A program made the position numbers and the translations under genes. 64,000 nucleotides of DNA from Candidatus Eiseniibacteriota bacterium (lineage in GTDB: Bacteria > Eisenbacteria > RBG-16-71-46 > CAIMUX01 > VGJL01), in contig CAWBWI010000001.1 of assembly GCA_963792585.1 (NCBI GenBank), positions 1,344,001 to 1,408,000 of the forward strand. Direction: 5' to 3'. The notes below the pieces were generated by a model. The model was not told the origin of the DNA, did not search any database, and saw only the letters and a program-made list of their open reading frames with translations. Of this stretch, positions 17,249 through 27,123 are shown piece by piece (position 1 is the stretch's first letter; each line of letters opens with the position of its first letter).

Positions 17249-20200
17249 CTAGCGTAGCAGTGTAAGGGTCCGCGTGGCCTGCCTGCCGGTCCAATCGAGT
17301 CGCACGTAGTAGATCCCGCTGGCGAGCGGGCGGCCGTCGTCGTTGCGACCATCCCACACGATCGTCTGGCGACCCGCCGGAAGGACGCGATCGACGAGGA
17401 CCCGAACGCGGCGACCGGCCGGGTCGAAGATCCGGACTCGCACCTCACCCGCCCGGGGGAGATCGAAACGCAGCGTCGCCGTGTCACGAACCGGGTTGGG
17501 CGCGACCGGGAAGAAGGCGAACTGCAGCCGAACTGCCGCGGTCGCGACGACCGGCCCGAACGTGGACATCCCGCCACCCGGAAGTAGCGCCCCGATCTTG
17601 TATGAGTATGTCTCCCCTGGCTCGGCGGAGCCGTCACTGTATTCCCACGGTCCCCGTCCGGGTACCGGCTCCGAGGAGTTGAGAACCTCGTAGGCGTCCT
17701 CGGCGGCGTCCGCACCGGGCGCGCGCATGATCAGGAACCCGTCGAAGCTGGCATCCGGAACCTGCCAGGCAATCCGAATTCCGTCCTCCGACGGCGTGGC
17801 CTCGAGAGCTGTCAAGTCGATCGGGGTCAACGTCTCGCGCAGGAAGAAACCAGCCGGGTTCTTGAGGGACCCTCCGCCGACAACCAATCGGAACTCTCCC
17901 TGGTCATATCTGAACACGGCACCCTGTGCGGTTCCGAGCCGGTAGGGGTCCGCATCCATGTCGGTGACCATCAAGTGCCCCGCGGAGTCGAACTGAAGGT
18001 GGCTGAGTGCCCGGAACGTTCTCGAACTGCCCAGGACGGAGACGTTTCCAAAGGGGTCGACCTTGAAAACGGTGCCGCGGGCACTGGAGCCCGGGTATGG
18101 CTGCACGTCGCGGTCCGCAACATAGAGCATCCCATCGGGACCTACAGCACCCGCAACCGGTCCTCGAAAATCAGCAGAGGTCGCGTAGAGCGAGATCGTC
18201 CGCTGTGTGAGATCGAGTCGGAAGACCGCGCCGTTGCGCATGCCGAACCGCCCGGGATCGGCGTCCTGATCGATGATGAAGGCCCCACCCTGTCCATCGA
18301 GGACGATGTCGCGGGGCGCCACGAGCACGGTGTCGGTCGCGAATGGCGTGACCTCCCCAGCCGGCATCGACACATGGAAGACACCGCCCCGGATGTTGCC
18401 GGAGGCGCCTCCGAACGGGTTGGCCGTCGCATCGAGGATGAGGATCTCGCGATTGCTCAACACGACCGCGGCCAGCGGCTGTCGGAAGCTGGGGCTCGCC
18501 GCCGCTACCGAAACGTCGCTCGTGACGGGGTCCCAACGCCAGAGGCACCCCTGCGCGGGGAGCGGATAGTGCCTTGGGTTGGCGACGGCGTCGAGAATCA
18601 GCAATTCGGGGGGCTCCGTCGGGAGAGAAATGCAGGACACGGGCTGACTCGTCGAATCGGTTACGACCATCGCCGTCGTGAGCGAGTTGACCAGGCTGAT
18701 CTTGAACACGTTGCCCGGATTCCCACCGAATCGGAACGGATCCGCATCGGTGTCGGCGACGTACATGCAGCCTTCCTCGAAGTAGATCGGCAATCGAATC
18801 GAAACGCGACGGACACGATGGACCCCTTCCCGGGAGCGAAGATGAGAACGGAGGGCGAGAGCCGTTCCCTGCGGCGCGCCGGCACGCAGTCGCGTTCGAT
18901 AGGAGGCCTGGTACGAACTCCCCGGCGGCAGATCGACGACCCAGCTGACCGTGTTCGCGTTCTCGGTGGTCTGGATGATGCCGGCCTCGGCGTGCAGCGA
19001 GACACGGTCGAGCGAGGCGATGAGCGGGATCGTGTCGAGGTACGCCGCCGCGAGGGTGGCGATGGGGCCGGGATTCCCGACCCGCGCGGTGATCAGTAAC
19101 TCGTCCCCCGGCTGCAGGGGCTCGCCGTTCACGTCCTCGATCGTGTAGCTCGCAAGTCGCGGGTTGGGTCCGGGGAAGGAATACAGGCGCAACGGAGTGA
19201 CGTACTGACTCGAGGAAGCGATGGCATCCACGTGACCCGTCTCCGGATCCCAGCGGAAGAGGGTCCGGGGACTGCCGGGCTTCGACTCATCGCGGGCGAG
19301 CATGTCGACGATCCAGAGTTCGCCGCTCGGAGCGAAGGTCGCGCTTCTCGGGAGCCGGAAACGAAGATCCGCCACGGCGATCTTGTGCGTGTTCTGATCG
19401 GGATCGACCTGGAAGACGAGCCCTTGGCCGCCGGCGACGAATCGCGCGGCCTGATCGACGACGAGCAGACCCTCCCCCGGCCAATTCACGATTCCGATCG
19501 GCGCCAGGAAATCCGTGAACTGCACGGTTCGGACGACCGCGCCGGTCGCCGGATCGATTTGGAAGATGGCGCCACGGCCGGCTTCCGTAGGCCCATTTGG
19601 ATCGACGGCGCTATCCACCACCCAGTAGCGTCCCGCGTCGTCCTGCGCGATTTGAGTGGGCCGCGTGAGGGTCGTGTCCGCGGAGAACAGATCGAGGGTC
19701 GAGCTGCCCTGCCGCTTGATGAAGATCGCGGCGTGGGCCGGCTGTCCCACCTCGAGTCTCGCACTGGAGTCGATCACGAGCAGGTCCTGAGCATTTGTCC
19801 AGAAGAGGTCGATCGGGTTGCCGAGTCGTTCGTCGACGACGTAGGGGGTCGTGGTGCCGCGAAGATAGTCGACCTCCATGACCTGACCAGGTTCGAACCC
19901 TCGCGGATCTGCGACGAGCATTCTCCCCGCGTCGAGCTCGACCATTGCCGTCGGATCGACCCAAGTCGAGTCGGCCAGAAGCAGTTGATCGAATCGGCTG
20001 AGCTGGTTGTCCAGCAGGAAGAGCGCTCCATCCTGGTGACCGGTATGATTGGGATCCGCGTTGGCGTCGGTGAGCACCATCGCGCTTGTTCCCAGCGGAC
20101 CCACGACACGAATGGTCGCGGAGATCGGCGGCACGCCCGGTGGGCCGCTCACCCGGAGGACGCCGCTCACGGGGTCGCCGAAGGCGTGGCCCGGGAGCAC

Positions 20201-22861
20201 GCGCGCGAAGACATCGATACGCACCGTGTCGCCGGCCTCGACGCTTCCGAGCCAGGAGACGGCGCGGATGGGCGGGTCGACGATCACCCCGCCCGGCCCG
20301 GTGCCGCTCAGGAGTTCCACACCCGTGGAAAGGGTGATCGTCGCCATCGCCTCGGGGACCGACGTCTTGCCGGAGTTCCGGATCCTCGCTTCGAACCGGA
20401 TGGTGTCGCCCGCGCCCGTGGGCGTACCGCCGATGTCGACGACGCTCAGCGAACTGAGTGAGAGGCTCCCCTCCTCGAATCCCGCCACCGCCTCGGGGCT
20501 GTAGAGGAGCGGGTCGGCGGTCACGATCGTCGGCACGGTGAGATTCGGCTGGGCCTTGAAGACCGCTCCCCGGTCGCGCGGCGAGAGGTTGAACGGATTG
20601 GCATCGCGGTCGGTGATGATCAGCGATCCGTCGCGTTGCGGGTAGACGTCGGTGGGGTCGACGAGCACCGAGTCGGCCACGACGGTAAGGAACTCGTCGT
20701 CCGCCTCGCGGCGGATCTCGAAGACCGCTCCTGTGTTCCGATGTAGCCCCAACGGGTCGGCGCTCACGTCGGCGACGAATAGCCGACGCGCCGATCCTTC
20801 GGCGACGGCGACGGGGTCGACGAACTTCCCCGGGGGCACGTCGATGATGCGGAATCGTTCCTGCTCGCGGTCGTACTCGAACAATGCGCCGCCGTGCGGG
20901 TTCTGCCCGAACGGGTCGGCCTCGAAATCCACGATCATGATCTCGCCCGTCGTCTCCACGATCGCGTCGACCGGCTCTCGGAAGAAGGGGCTGGAGACGA
21001 TCAAGCTCAGGGCGCCCGTCCCTACGTCGAGAGAGAAGACGGCTCCCGGCTGTCCCGAGTAGCCGAGCGGGTTCGCATCCTTGTCGATCAAGAGCAGTTC
21101 GTGCTGTTCGCCCGCGGCCAAACCAAGCGGTGTGCGCAATTCCGGGTGATCGGCGACTGCGAGCAAGGTATCGACATGCCCGTTGAATGGATCGATGAGG
21201 AAGACCCCACCGCTCGGAGCATCAGGACCACGGGGTTGGCTTCGGCGATCCAGGACCGCGATTCTCCCGTCGGGCACGAAGCAGAGATCGGACGGTTGCA
21301 CGAGCGGAGGCCCGGAAAAGACGCGGGACGGGCGCACCGCCCCGGCGGGCATCTCCCAGATGATCCCTCGTGTCGACGTTCCCGCTGGCTCATAGTCCGC
21401 CCACACCACCCTTCCGGGTGATGAACGCCTCGCCACGGATTCGCTCAGTGTGAAGTCGACCTCCGCACGGTTGACCTTCAAGGTGACTCTCTCGCTCAGG
21501 CTCGTTCCCGCCGGCACGTTGCTCCGGAGCTTGATCTCGTAGCTGATGTCCACCTCGGCTTGGGATTCGATGTTGCCGGCCCAGCGGACGATGCGGGTCG
21601 AGGGGTCATAGCTGAAGCTCCCCGTCGCGGAGCTATCGGAGCCGATACGGTATTCCCAGTTTCCCCCCACGGAGTGCTCCAGGCGAACGGGCCTGCCGGC
21701 GAGACTCCCGGTGTTGCGGATCCTCGCGTGGACGCGCATTCGATCACCGGGCTGGAGCGGGGCGCCGTCGACATCCTCCCAACGGACCTGAGAGGAGTCG
21801 AGCGCAGTCCCGGCCACCTCGCTGATCCCCACGAGGGCTCGGAAGAACCCGGAGGTGTAGGTGTTCGTGACCTGACCGGTCGTGGGATCGCATTTGAAGA
21901 GCGCTCCCACAGCCGTTGGGTAGTTGGCCGGATTGGCTTGGTTGTCGACCACCCAAACGGCGCCGGCCGGATCGACGCTCATGTCGAACGGTTCGTTGAA
22001 GTCCGCCGGTGCGATGAGCGGATCGACGGCCAGCGAGCCGCGACGGACGCGGAAGACGCAGCCCGGCGCCCCCGCGTGTCCGCTGGGGTTCGCATTGCGG
22101 TCGAGGATCAGGTAGTCGCCGTTGCGATCCAGGGCTATCGCCCAAGGCGTGAGGAAGCCGCGGATCGAGAAGACGACGGAAACGTCGCCGGTCGTCATGT
22201 CCACACGAAAGAGCGCGCCCGGCGAGCCGCCGATCCCCAGCGGATCTGCGCGGACGTCCCAGATGAGAACCGATCCGTCCCGATCGAAGACCATCGAGCG
22301 CGGCTCGTCGAAGAGCGGGCTGGCGGCGATCAGGTTCACGAACGGGACATCGAGGCCTACCCGATAGAGAGCGCCGGGACGGTCGCCCCTGGCCAGTGGA
22401 TCCGCATCCGCGTCGAGGAGCAGGAGATTGCCGGAGGGCTCCTGCAGGATATCGATCGGGGCCTCCCACTGGTTGAAGTAGGCGAAGAGCGTCGCCCTGC
22501 CCGGGAGTTCGTCGTTCGGATCCACGACGAACATGGCGCCCTGGGCGCGACCGTTCTGTGTCGGGTCCGCGTTGGTGTCGACCACGATGATCCGCCCGTC
22601 GGCAAGAGCGAGGGAGGTCACCGGATCGACGAAGCCGGCAGGACTGGCCAGCAGCCGGATCGGAATGGCCGAAGTCGGGGCGGCGAGCATGATCGTTCCG
22701 CGGCCGTCCCCGTAGCCGAACGGGTCCGCAGTCCGGTCCGTGAGCATGAAGTTGCCGGCGCGCAGATCTACCGCGACCGCAAGGGCCGGGGCCATCGCGA
22801 CGAGGAGGGCGAGGAAGAGAATATGCGGGATCCCCGGACGGCGGGGACTCGGCAGTGCCAT
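17249..22861 (-). CDS. Giant secreted protein: four 6-bladed beta-propellers, three DUF11-like Ig domains, C-terminal FlgD-Ig/CTD-like domain
   Basis: Signal peptide; 24 D-x-x-A-[DN]-P...G-A-x-F-type blades; PGD..(I/V)xN.G domains; ends PNPVRDTATLRFDL...IFDPAGRRVRVL...WDGRNDDGRPLASGIYYVRL. Confidence 0.85.
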   Translation of the reverse strand: MALPSPRRPGIPHILFLALLVAMAPALAVAVDLRAGNFMLTDRTADPFGYGDGRGTIMLAAPTSAIPIRLLASPAGFVDPVTSLALADGRIIVVDTNADPTQNGRAQGAMFVVDPNDELPGRATLFAYFNQWEAPIDILQEPSGNLLLLDADADPLARGDRPGALYRVGLDVPFVNLIAASPLFDEPRSMVFDRDGSVLIWDVRADPLGIGGSPGALFRVDMTTGDVSVVFSIRGFLTPWAIALDRNGDYLILDRNANPSGHAGAPGCVFRVRRGSLAVDPLIAPADFNEPFDMSVDPAGAVWVVDNQANPANYPTAVGALFKCDPTTGQVTNTYTSGFFRALVGISEVAGTALDSSQVRWEDVDGAPLQPGDRMRVHARIRNTGSLAGRPVRLEHSVGGNWEYRIGSDSSATGSFSYDPSTRIVRWAGNIESQAEVDISYEIKLRSNVPAGTSLSERVTLKVNRAEVDFTLSESVARRSSPGRVVWADYEPAGTSTRGIIWEMPAGAVRPSRVFSGPPLVQPSDLCFVPDGRIAVLDRRSQPRGPDAPSGGVFLIDPFNGHVDTLLAVADHPELRTPLGLAAGEQHELLLIDKDANPLGYSGQPGAVFSLDVGTGALSLIVSSPFFREPVDAIVETTGEIMIVDFEADPFGQNPHGGALFEYDREQERFRIIDVPPGKFVDPVAVAEGSARRLFVADVSADPLGLHRNTGAVFEIRREADDEFLTVVADSVLVDPTDVYPQRDGSLIITDRDANPFNLSPRDRGAVFKAQPNLTVPTIVTADPLLYSPEAVAGFEEGSLSLSSLSVVDIGGTPTGAGDTIRFEARIRNSGKTSVPEAMATITLSTGVELLSGTGPGGVIVDPPIRAVSWLGSVEAGDTVRIDVFARVLPGHAFGDPVSGVLRVSGPPGVPPISATIRVVGPLGTSAMVLTDANADPNHTGHQDGALFLLDNQLSRFDQLLLADSTWVDPTAMVELDAGRMLVADPRGFEPGQVMEVDYLRGTTTPYVVDERLGNPIDLFWTNAQDLLVIDSSARLEVGQPAHAAIFIKRQGSSTLDLFSADTTLTRPTQIAQDDAGRYWVVDSAVDPNGPTEAGRGAIFQIDPATGAVVRTVQFTDFLAPIGIVNWPGEGLLVVDQAARFVAGGQGLVFQVDPDQNTHKIAVADLRFRLPRSATFAPSGELWIVDMLARDESKPGSPRTLFRWDPETGHVDAIASSSQYVTPLRLYSFPGPNPRLASYTIEDVNGEPLQPGDELLITARVGNPGPIATLAAAYLDTIPLIASLDRVSLHAEAGIIQTTENANTVSWVVDLPPGSSYQASYRTRLRAGAPQGTALALRSHLRSREGVHRVRRVSIRLPIYFEEGCMYVADTDADPFRFGGNPGNVFKISLVNSLTTAMVVTDSTSQPVSCISLPTEPPELLILDAVANPRHYPLPAQGCLWRWDPVTSDVSVAAASPSFRQPLAAVVLSNREILILDATANPFGGASGNIRGGVFHVSMPAGEVTPFATDTVLVAPRDIVLDGQGGAFIIDQDADPGRFGMRNGAVFRLDLTQRTISLYATSADFRGPVAGAVGPDGMLYVADRDVQPYPGSSARGTVFKVDPFGNVSVLGSSRTFRALSHLQFDSAGHLMVTDMDADPYRLGTAQGAVFRYDQGEFRLVVGGGSLKNPAGFFLRETLTPIDLTALEATPSEDGIRIAWQVPDASFDGFLIMRAPGADAAEDAYEVLNSSEPVPGRGPWEYSDGSAEPGETYSYKIGALLPGGGMSTFGPVVATAAVRLQFAFFPVAPNPVRDTATLRFDLPRAGEVRVRIFDPAGRRVRVLVDRVLPAGRQTIVWDGRNDDGRPLASGIYYVRLDWTGRQATRTLTLLR

Positions 22862-22969
22862 GGTCACTCCCCGAACGTGTGGTCGACAGGAGGCCCGTTC
22901 CTGGCCCCCCCAAATGATCGGCGCGACCAACTCATTGGCTGAGGCCTAAGTCCCCCTTCCGGCCCCCCC

Positions 22970-22998
22970 ATCTTGGGCGCGCCTACGATCCCCGTCAA
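22970..22998 (-). promoter_or_regulatory. Candidate sigma70 promoter of the giant protein gene
   Basis: TTGACG-N17-CAAGAT. Confidence 0.35.
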
Positions 22999-25235
22999 GG
23001 GAGGCGCACGCAGAGAATGGTCATGTCGTCCTGGAATTCCCCCGCCCCCGTGAAGGCCAGGACCTCGTCCCGGACCCGTCCCACGATGGCCTGGGAGCAG
23101 CACTCCTCCTTGCGCGCCAGGAGGTCGCTGAGGCGCCATTCCCCGAATTCCTCCCCGGAACCGTCTCGCGCCTCCGTCACGCCGTCCGTGTAGAGCAAAA
23201 GCGTATCCCCCGGGCCGATATCGAGGATTCGCTCGGGGTACAGCATCGTATCGTCGATCCCCAGGACCAGTTCCGAGTCGTCCAGAAACCGGGGCGCCCC
23301 CTGCGCGGGGGCCAGGATCGGATAGTTGTGCCCCGCGTTGCAGTAGGTCAGCCGCCCCTTCGCGGGATCGAGATGCGCCAGGAACAAGGTCACGAACTGC
23401 TCCACCGAGGTGGACTCCACGATCATCGCGTTGACGCGCTCCACGACCCGCCCCACCGGGCTGCCGTCGCGCATCAGCGTCCGCAAGGAAGCCTGGAGCA
23501 TGCTCGCCAGAAGGGCCGCAGGGACTCCCTTGCCGGACACATCCGCGATCGCGAGCGCGAAGCCGCCCCCCTTCACCGCGAAGAAGTCGTAGTAGTCGCC
23601 ACCGACTTGCTTGCTCGGCAGGTTGAGGCCATGAACGTCGACCGGCAGATCGCTCGGGAAATGGGAAGGCAGGAAGTTCTGCTGGATCTTCCTCGCGAGC
23701 GCAAGTTCCTCCTCGAGCACCGCCTTTCCCAGAGTTTGCTGGTAGAGGAGGCTGTTCTTGAGGGCGACGCCGGCCTGGCTCGCCAGCGAGGTCAGGATCG
23801 ACACTTCCTCCCCGCTGTAGCGCATGCCCGAGATCTTCGGGCCGAATAGCAGCAACCCCAGCCTCTCGCCGCCGTGCTGCAACTCATACGTGAGCTGGGG
23901 CGCATGGCTTCGCGCGAGGGATTCGGCCTCCCGCCTCTCGCGTCCCGATCGAACGGCCGCTTCCACCCACTCGCCGCGGAGATAGGGTCCCCCCAGCGAT
24001 GGGGATTCCGGAAGATGTCCCGAGACGTCCGCCAGCCAGGCAAGCGCCGTGGGATCGATCCCCCGCGCCGCGACGGTCCGGTACTCCCCGACCTCCCGCC
24101 CGGTCCGCAGACAGAGGAGAATCGCCGCGCCGCTGGCGGCGATCGACTCGGGGATCTCGCGCACCATGCCGTCGGCGAGCGCGTCGAAGTTGAGCGTGGA
24201 ACTCATCTCCTGGGAGAGCCGTCCTACCACGCTCCTCAGCTCGCGCCGCCCTCTCAGGATCCATCCCTCCAGCCCCTCTTCGAGTCGGGCCATGACCGGC
24301 TGGAAGAGAACGAGCGGCACCACCAAGGCGACCCAGTCGAGGGCGCCCGGAGGGAGATGGAGCGGCGCGGCGAGGCTGCGGTTGAGCTGGCGGATGATCT
24401 GGAGATAGATGCCGACCAAGCCGGCGCTCGCGGCCGCGTAGAGGATCGTGCGGCGCACGATCCACCGCGCATCCAGGAAACGGTAGCGGACGATCGCATA
24501 CGCGATCGTCCCCGAGCATATGACGAGCGCTCCCACGGTCATCGTCGTCGAGACCGTATCGCGCAGTTTCATGTCGAGGAGCACGTTCAGCGGAACGCCG
24601 ACGCTGTAGAGGATGACGCCGATCCCCATCCCCACGAGGATCACCTGAAGCTGCGTGCGAACGGCGGAGTTGGTCGCGCGACTCCGATTGCGCGCGATGA
24701 GAAAAACGGAGATGCCGACGTAGGAGAGGTTGACGAGGGAGAAAAGATAGCGGTGCCAGGTGAAGAATTCACGAAGCAGGACCCGGATCAGGTCGATCAG
24801 CCCCCCGAGCAGCGGCAGCCGTACACCCAGCTTCTCCAGACCGAAGCTCGCTCCCCAAATCGTCGCGGAGAACATGAGGATGAAGTGGATCGTGTGGGGG
24901 ACGTAGACCAGGAATTCTCCCCAGCTATGCCGGCGCAGAAGCGAGATCTCTCTCGGAAACGTGGCGGCGAATAGCAGGAGCGTCGGGAAGAAGAACTCCC
25001 AGAGATAGGCGAAATTCCCGGCAATCGTGGTCTGCGACGCCAAGCCCGCTGCCGGCCGTGCCGCCAGGAGCGATCCCGAACCGAGGACCGCCCCGATCCC
25101 CGCGAAGACGAGCATCAGCGAAGTCAACCGGTTCAGACGCGTCCCGGCGTTCTCTCGGAGAATCACGAGCCCGAGCAGGACCGTGAGAACGCCGATGAGA
25201 AGGTAGGCGGTTCCTAGGACCCTCGCGAAATCCAT
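22995..25235 (-). CDS. Membrane-bound PP2C/SpoIIE (RsbU-like) phosphatase with multi-TM sensor and GAF domain
   Basis: VGGDYYD, IADVSGKG, NAGH, LYTDGVTE, DDMT; many N-terminal TM helices; start refined to MDFARV. Confidence 0.9.
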   Translation of the reverse strand: MDFARVLGTAYLLIGVLTVLLGLVILRENAGTRLNRLTSLMLVFAGIGAVLGSGSLLAARPAAGLASQTTIAGNFAYLWEFFFPTLLLFAATFPREISLLRRHSWGEFLVYVPHTIHFILMFSATIWGASFGLEKLGVRLPLLGGLIDLIRVLLREFFTWHRYLFSLVNLSYVGISVFLIARNRSRATNSAVRTQLQVILVGMGIGVILYSVGVPLNVLLDMKLRDTVSTTMTVGALVICSGTIAYAIVRYRFLDARWIVRRTILYAAASAGLVGIYLQIIRQLNRSLAAPLHLPPGALDWVALVVPLVLFQPVMARLEEGLEGWILRGRRELRSVVGRLSQEMSSTLNFDALADGMVREIPESIAASGAAILLCLRTGREVGEYRTVAARGIDPTALAWLADVSGHLPESPSLGGPYLRGEWVEAAVRSGRERREAESLARSHAPQLTYELQHGGERLGLLLFGPKISGMRYSGEEVSILTSLASQAGVALKNSLLYQQTLGKAVLEEELALARKIQQNFLPSHFPSDLPVDVHGLNLPSKQVGGDYYDFFAVKGGGFALAIADVSGKGVPAALLASMLQASLRTLMRDGSPVGRVVERVNAMIVESTSVEQFVTLFLAHLDPAKGRLTYCNAGHNYPILAPAQGAPRFLDDSELVLGIDDTMLYPERILDIGPGDTLLLYTDGVTEARDGSGEEFGEWRLSDLLARKEECCSQAIVGRVRDEVLAFTGAGEFQDDMTILCVRLP

Positions 25236-25306
25236 CGTGTCGAGCGACCCTCCCGGCTCCGTTCGCAACCCTACGTGCGGGCCCCGGCCAGGGTTCCCGA
25301 TGCCGG

Positions 25307-25780
25307 CTATTCGGCGGGTTCCTCTTCCGAAGCCTCGCCCGGAGGAGCGATCCCTGGCAGGGACAGGAGTTCGACCGCGCGGCTGACCAGACGTTCGGCG
25401 GCATCGAGGATCACACGCGTGTCCTTGCGGCCGCATCGGGCGCCCTCTTGGACGAGGTCCTTCTGATCCTTCGCGATCTTGAGCAGCTCGATCAGGTCGG
25501 GTGCGACCGCGCCGGGGGTCACGAACAGCCGGTTCACGCCCGCAACGAGGCTATAGAGATTCGTATCACGATAGCCGCCTGAGAGCAGGAGGCTCTTCGA
25601 GCTTCGGTACATGGCAAAGTACGACTGGACGATCGTTTCCTCGAAGCGGCCATCTCGAAAGCAGGAGCGGGCCTTGTCGAGTTCCGCAAGGGCAGTCGTG
25701 ATTTCCTTGACGAGAGTATCCTCGGGGGTCTCGACCGGTTTGAGACGGCCGTTTCGGATGCATGCCTCGAACGCATCCAC
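25307..25780 (-). CDS. Stand-alone HEPN-domain protein (degenerate)
   Basis: ALAELDKARSCF...SYFAMYRSSKSLLLSGGYR pattern of HEPN (DUF86/UPF0332-like). Confidence 0.7.
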   Translation of the reverse strand: MDAFEACIRNGRLKPVETPEDTLVKEITTALAELDKARSCFRDGRFEETIVQSYFAMYRSSKSLLLSGGYRDTNLYSLVAGVNRLFVTPGAVAPDLIELLKIAKDQKDLVQEGARCGRKDTRVILDAAERLVSRAVELLSLPGIAPPGEASEEEPAE

Positions 25781-25969
25781 GCGATGGACTCCTCACCGGT
25801 CGCACAAGGCGACCGCGGTGTCCCAGTGCCGCCCCATTCCGCACCTGGGATGTAGTTGGGATCTCGGCTATGGCGCAGGTACCTCAGCGCCGCGTTGTAT
25901 TCGGATTTAACCACATATCCGCACGTGATGCAAAGGCCGACCTGGCCAGCTCGTCGCAGCCCGTCCCGT

Positions 25970-27103
25970 TCAGGCCAGTGCGCGATCGATATCCTCGACG
26001 AGATCCTCCAGATCCTCGATGCCAACGGACAGGCGCAGGAGACCGTCGCTCAGACCGCGGCGGAGGCGATCCTCCCGCGGAATGGACGCGTGCGTCATTG
26101 TCGCGGGGTGGCACAAGAGGCTCTCGACCCCCCCCAAGCTCTCGGCCAGCGCGAAAAGGTGCGTCCGCGACGCAACCCGCTTGGCCTCCTCCAGGTCATC
26201 GAGAACGAAGGAGACGATTCCTCCAAACCCGCTCGCCTGCCCTTTGCAGATCTCATGTCCCGGGTGCTCCGGCAGGCCGGGGTAAAGGACCTTGCGGACC
26301 TTTGCGTGGCCGGAAAGGTGGCGCGCAACCGCCATCGCATTCGTCTGATGCCGATCCATACGGAGCGCGAGGGTCTTGACCCCGCGCATCGCAAGCCAGC
26401 AATCGAAGGGGCCCGGGACCGAACCGATCGCATTCTGCAGGAATCCGAGCCGCTCCGCGAGGTCGTCCTTCCCGGTGATGACGAGCCCCCCCACCATGTC
26501 GCAGTGCCCGTTGAGGTATTTCGTGGTCGAGTGAAGGACCAGATCGGCCCCCAGCTCGAGGGGACGCTGGAAATAGGGGGTCAGGAACGTGTTGTCGACC
26601 ACCATCAGGAGCCCATCCCGGCGCGCGATCCCCGCGACCGCCCTGAGGTCGACGATCTGCATGAGGGGATTCGTCGGCGTCTCGGCATAGATCATCCGTG
26701 TGGTCGGCTTGCGCGCCGCCGCGATCCGTTCCGGATCCGCCATGTCGACGTAGGTGAAATCGAGTCCGAGGTCCCGGAAGACCCGCTCGAAGATCCGGTA
26801 AGTCCCGCCGTACATGTCGTCGGAGGCGATCACGTGGTCGCCGCTCTTGAGAAGGTGCAGGACCGTCGAAATCGCCGCCAGGCCCGAGGAGAACGCGAAG
26901 CCATGGCGTCCCTTCTCGAGCGCCGCGACGCAGTGCTCCCAAGCGAATCGGGTCGGATTCTGCGTGCGCGCGTACTCGAATCCCTTGTGCTTCCCGATCG
27001 CCTCCTGCACGTACGTCGAGGTCTGATAGATCGGCGTGCTCACGGCTCCGGTCGTTGGATCCGGCTCCTGCCCGGCATGAATCGCATCGGTCGAAAAACC
27101 CAT
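25970..27103 (-). CDS. metB: Cystathionine gamma-lyase/gamma-synthase (PLP)
   Basis: PIYQTSTY, YARTQNPT, ETPTNP, VDNTF, HSTTKYLNGH, AESLGGVESL; start refined to MGFSTDAIH. Confidence 0.9.
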   Translation of the reverse strand: MGFSTDAIHAGQEPDPTTGAVSTPIYQTSTYVQEAIGKHKGFEYARTQNPTRFAWEHCVAALEKGRHGFAFSSGLAAISTVLHLLKSGDHVIASDDMYGGTYRIFERVFRDLGLDFTYVDMADPERIAAARKPTTRMIYAETPTNPLMQIVDLRAVAGIARRDGLLMVVDNTFLTPYFQRPLELGADLVLHSTTKYLNGHCDMVGGLVITGKDDLAERLGFLQNAIGSVPGPFDCWLAMRGVKTLALRMDRHQTNAMAVARHLSGHAKVRKVLYPGLPEHPGHEICKGQASGFGGIVSFVLDDLEEAKRVASRTHLFALAESLGGVESLLCHPATMTHASIPREDRLRRGLSDGLLRLSVGIEDLEDLVEDIDRALA

Positions 27104-27123
27104 CGAAGGCTCTCCTTTCGCGC

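Noticed and set aside
25307..25780. HEPN/MNT toxin-antitoxin pair
   Set aside because: No nucleotidyltransferase gene is adjacent and the catalytic residues are absent.
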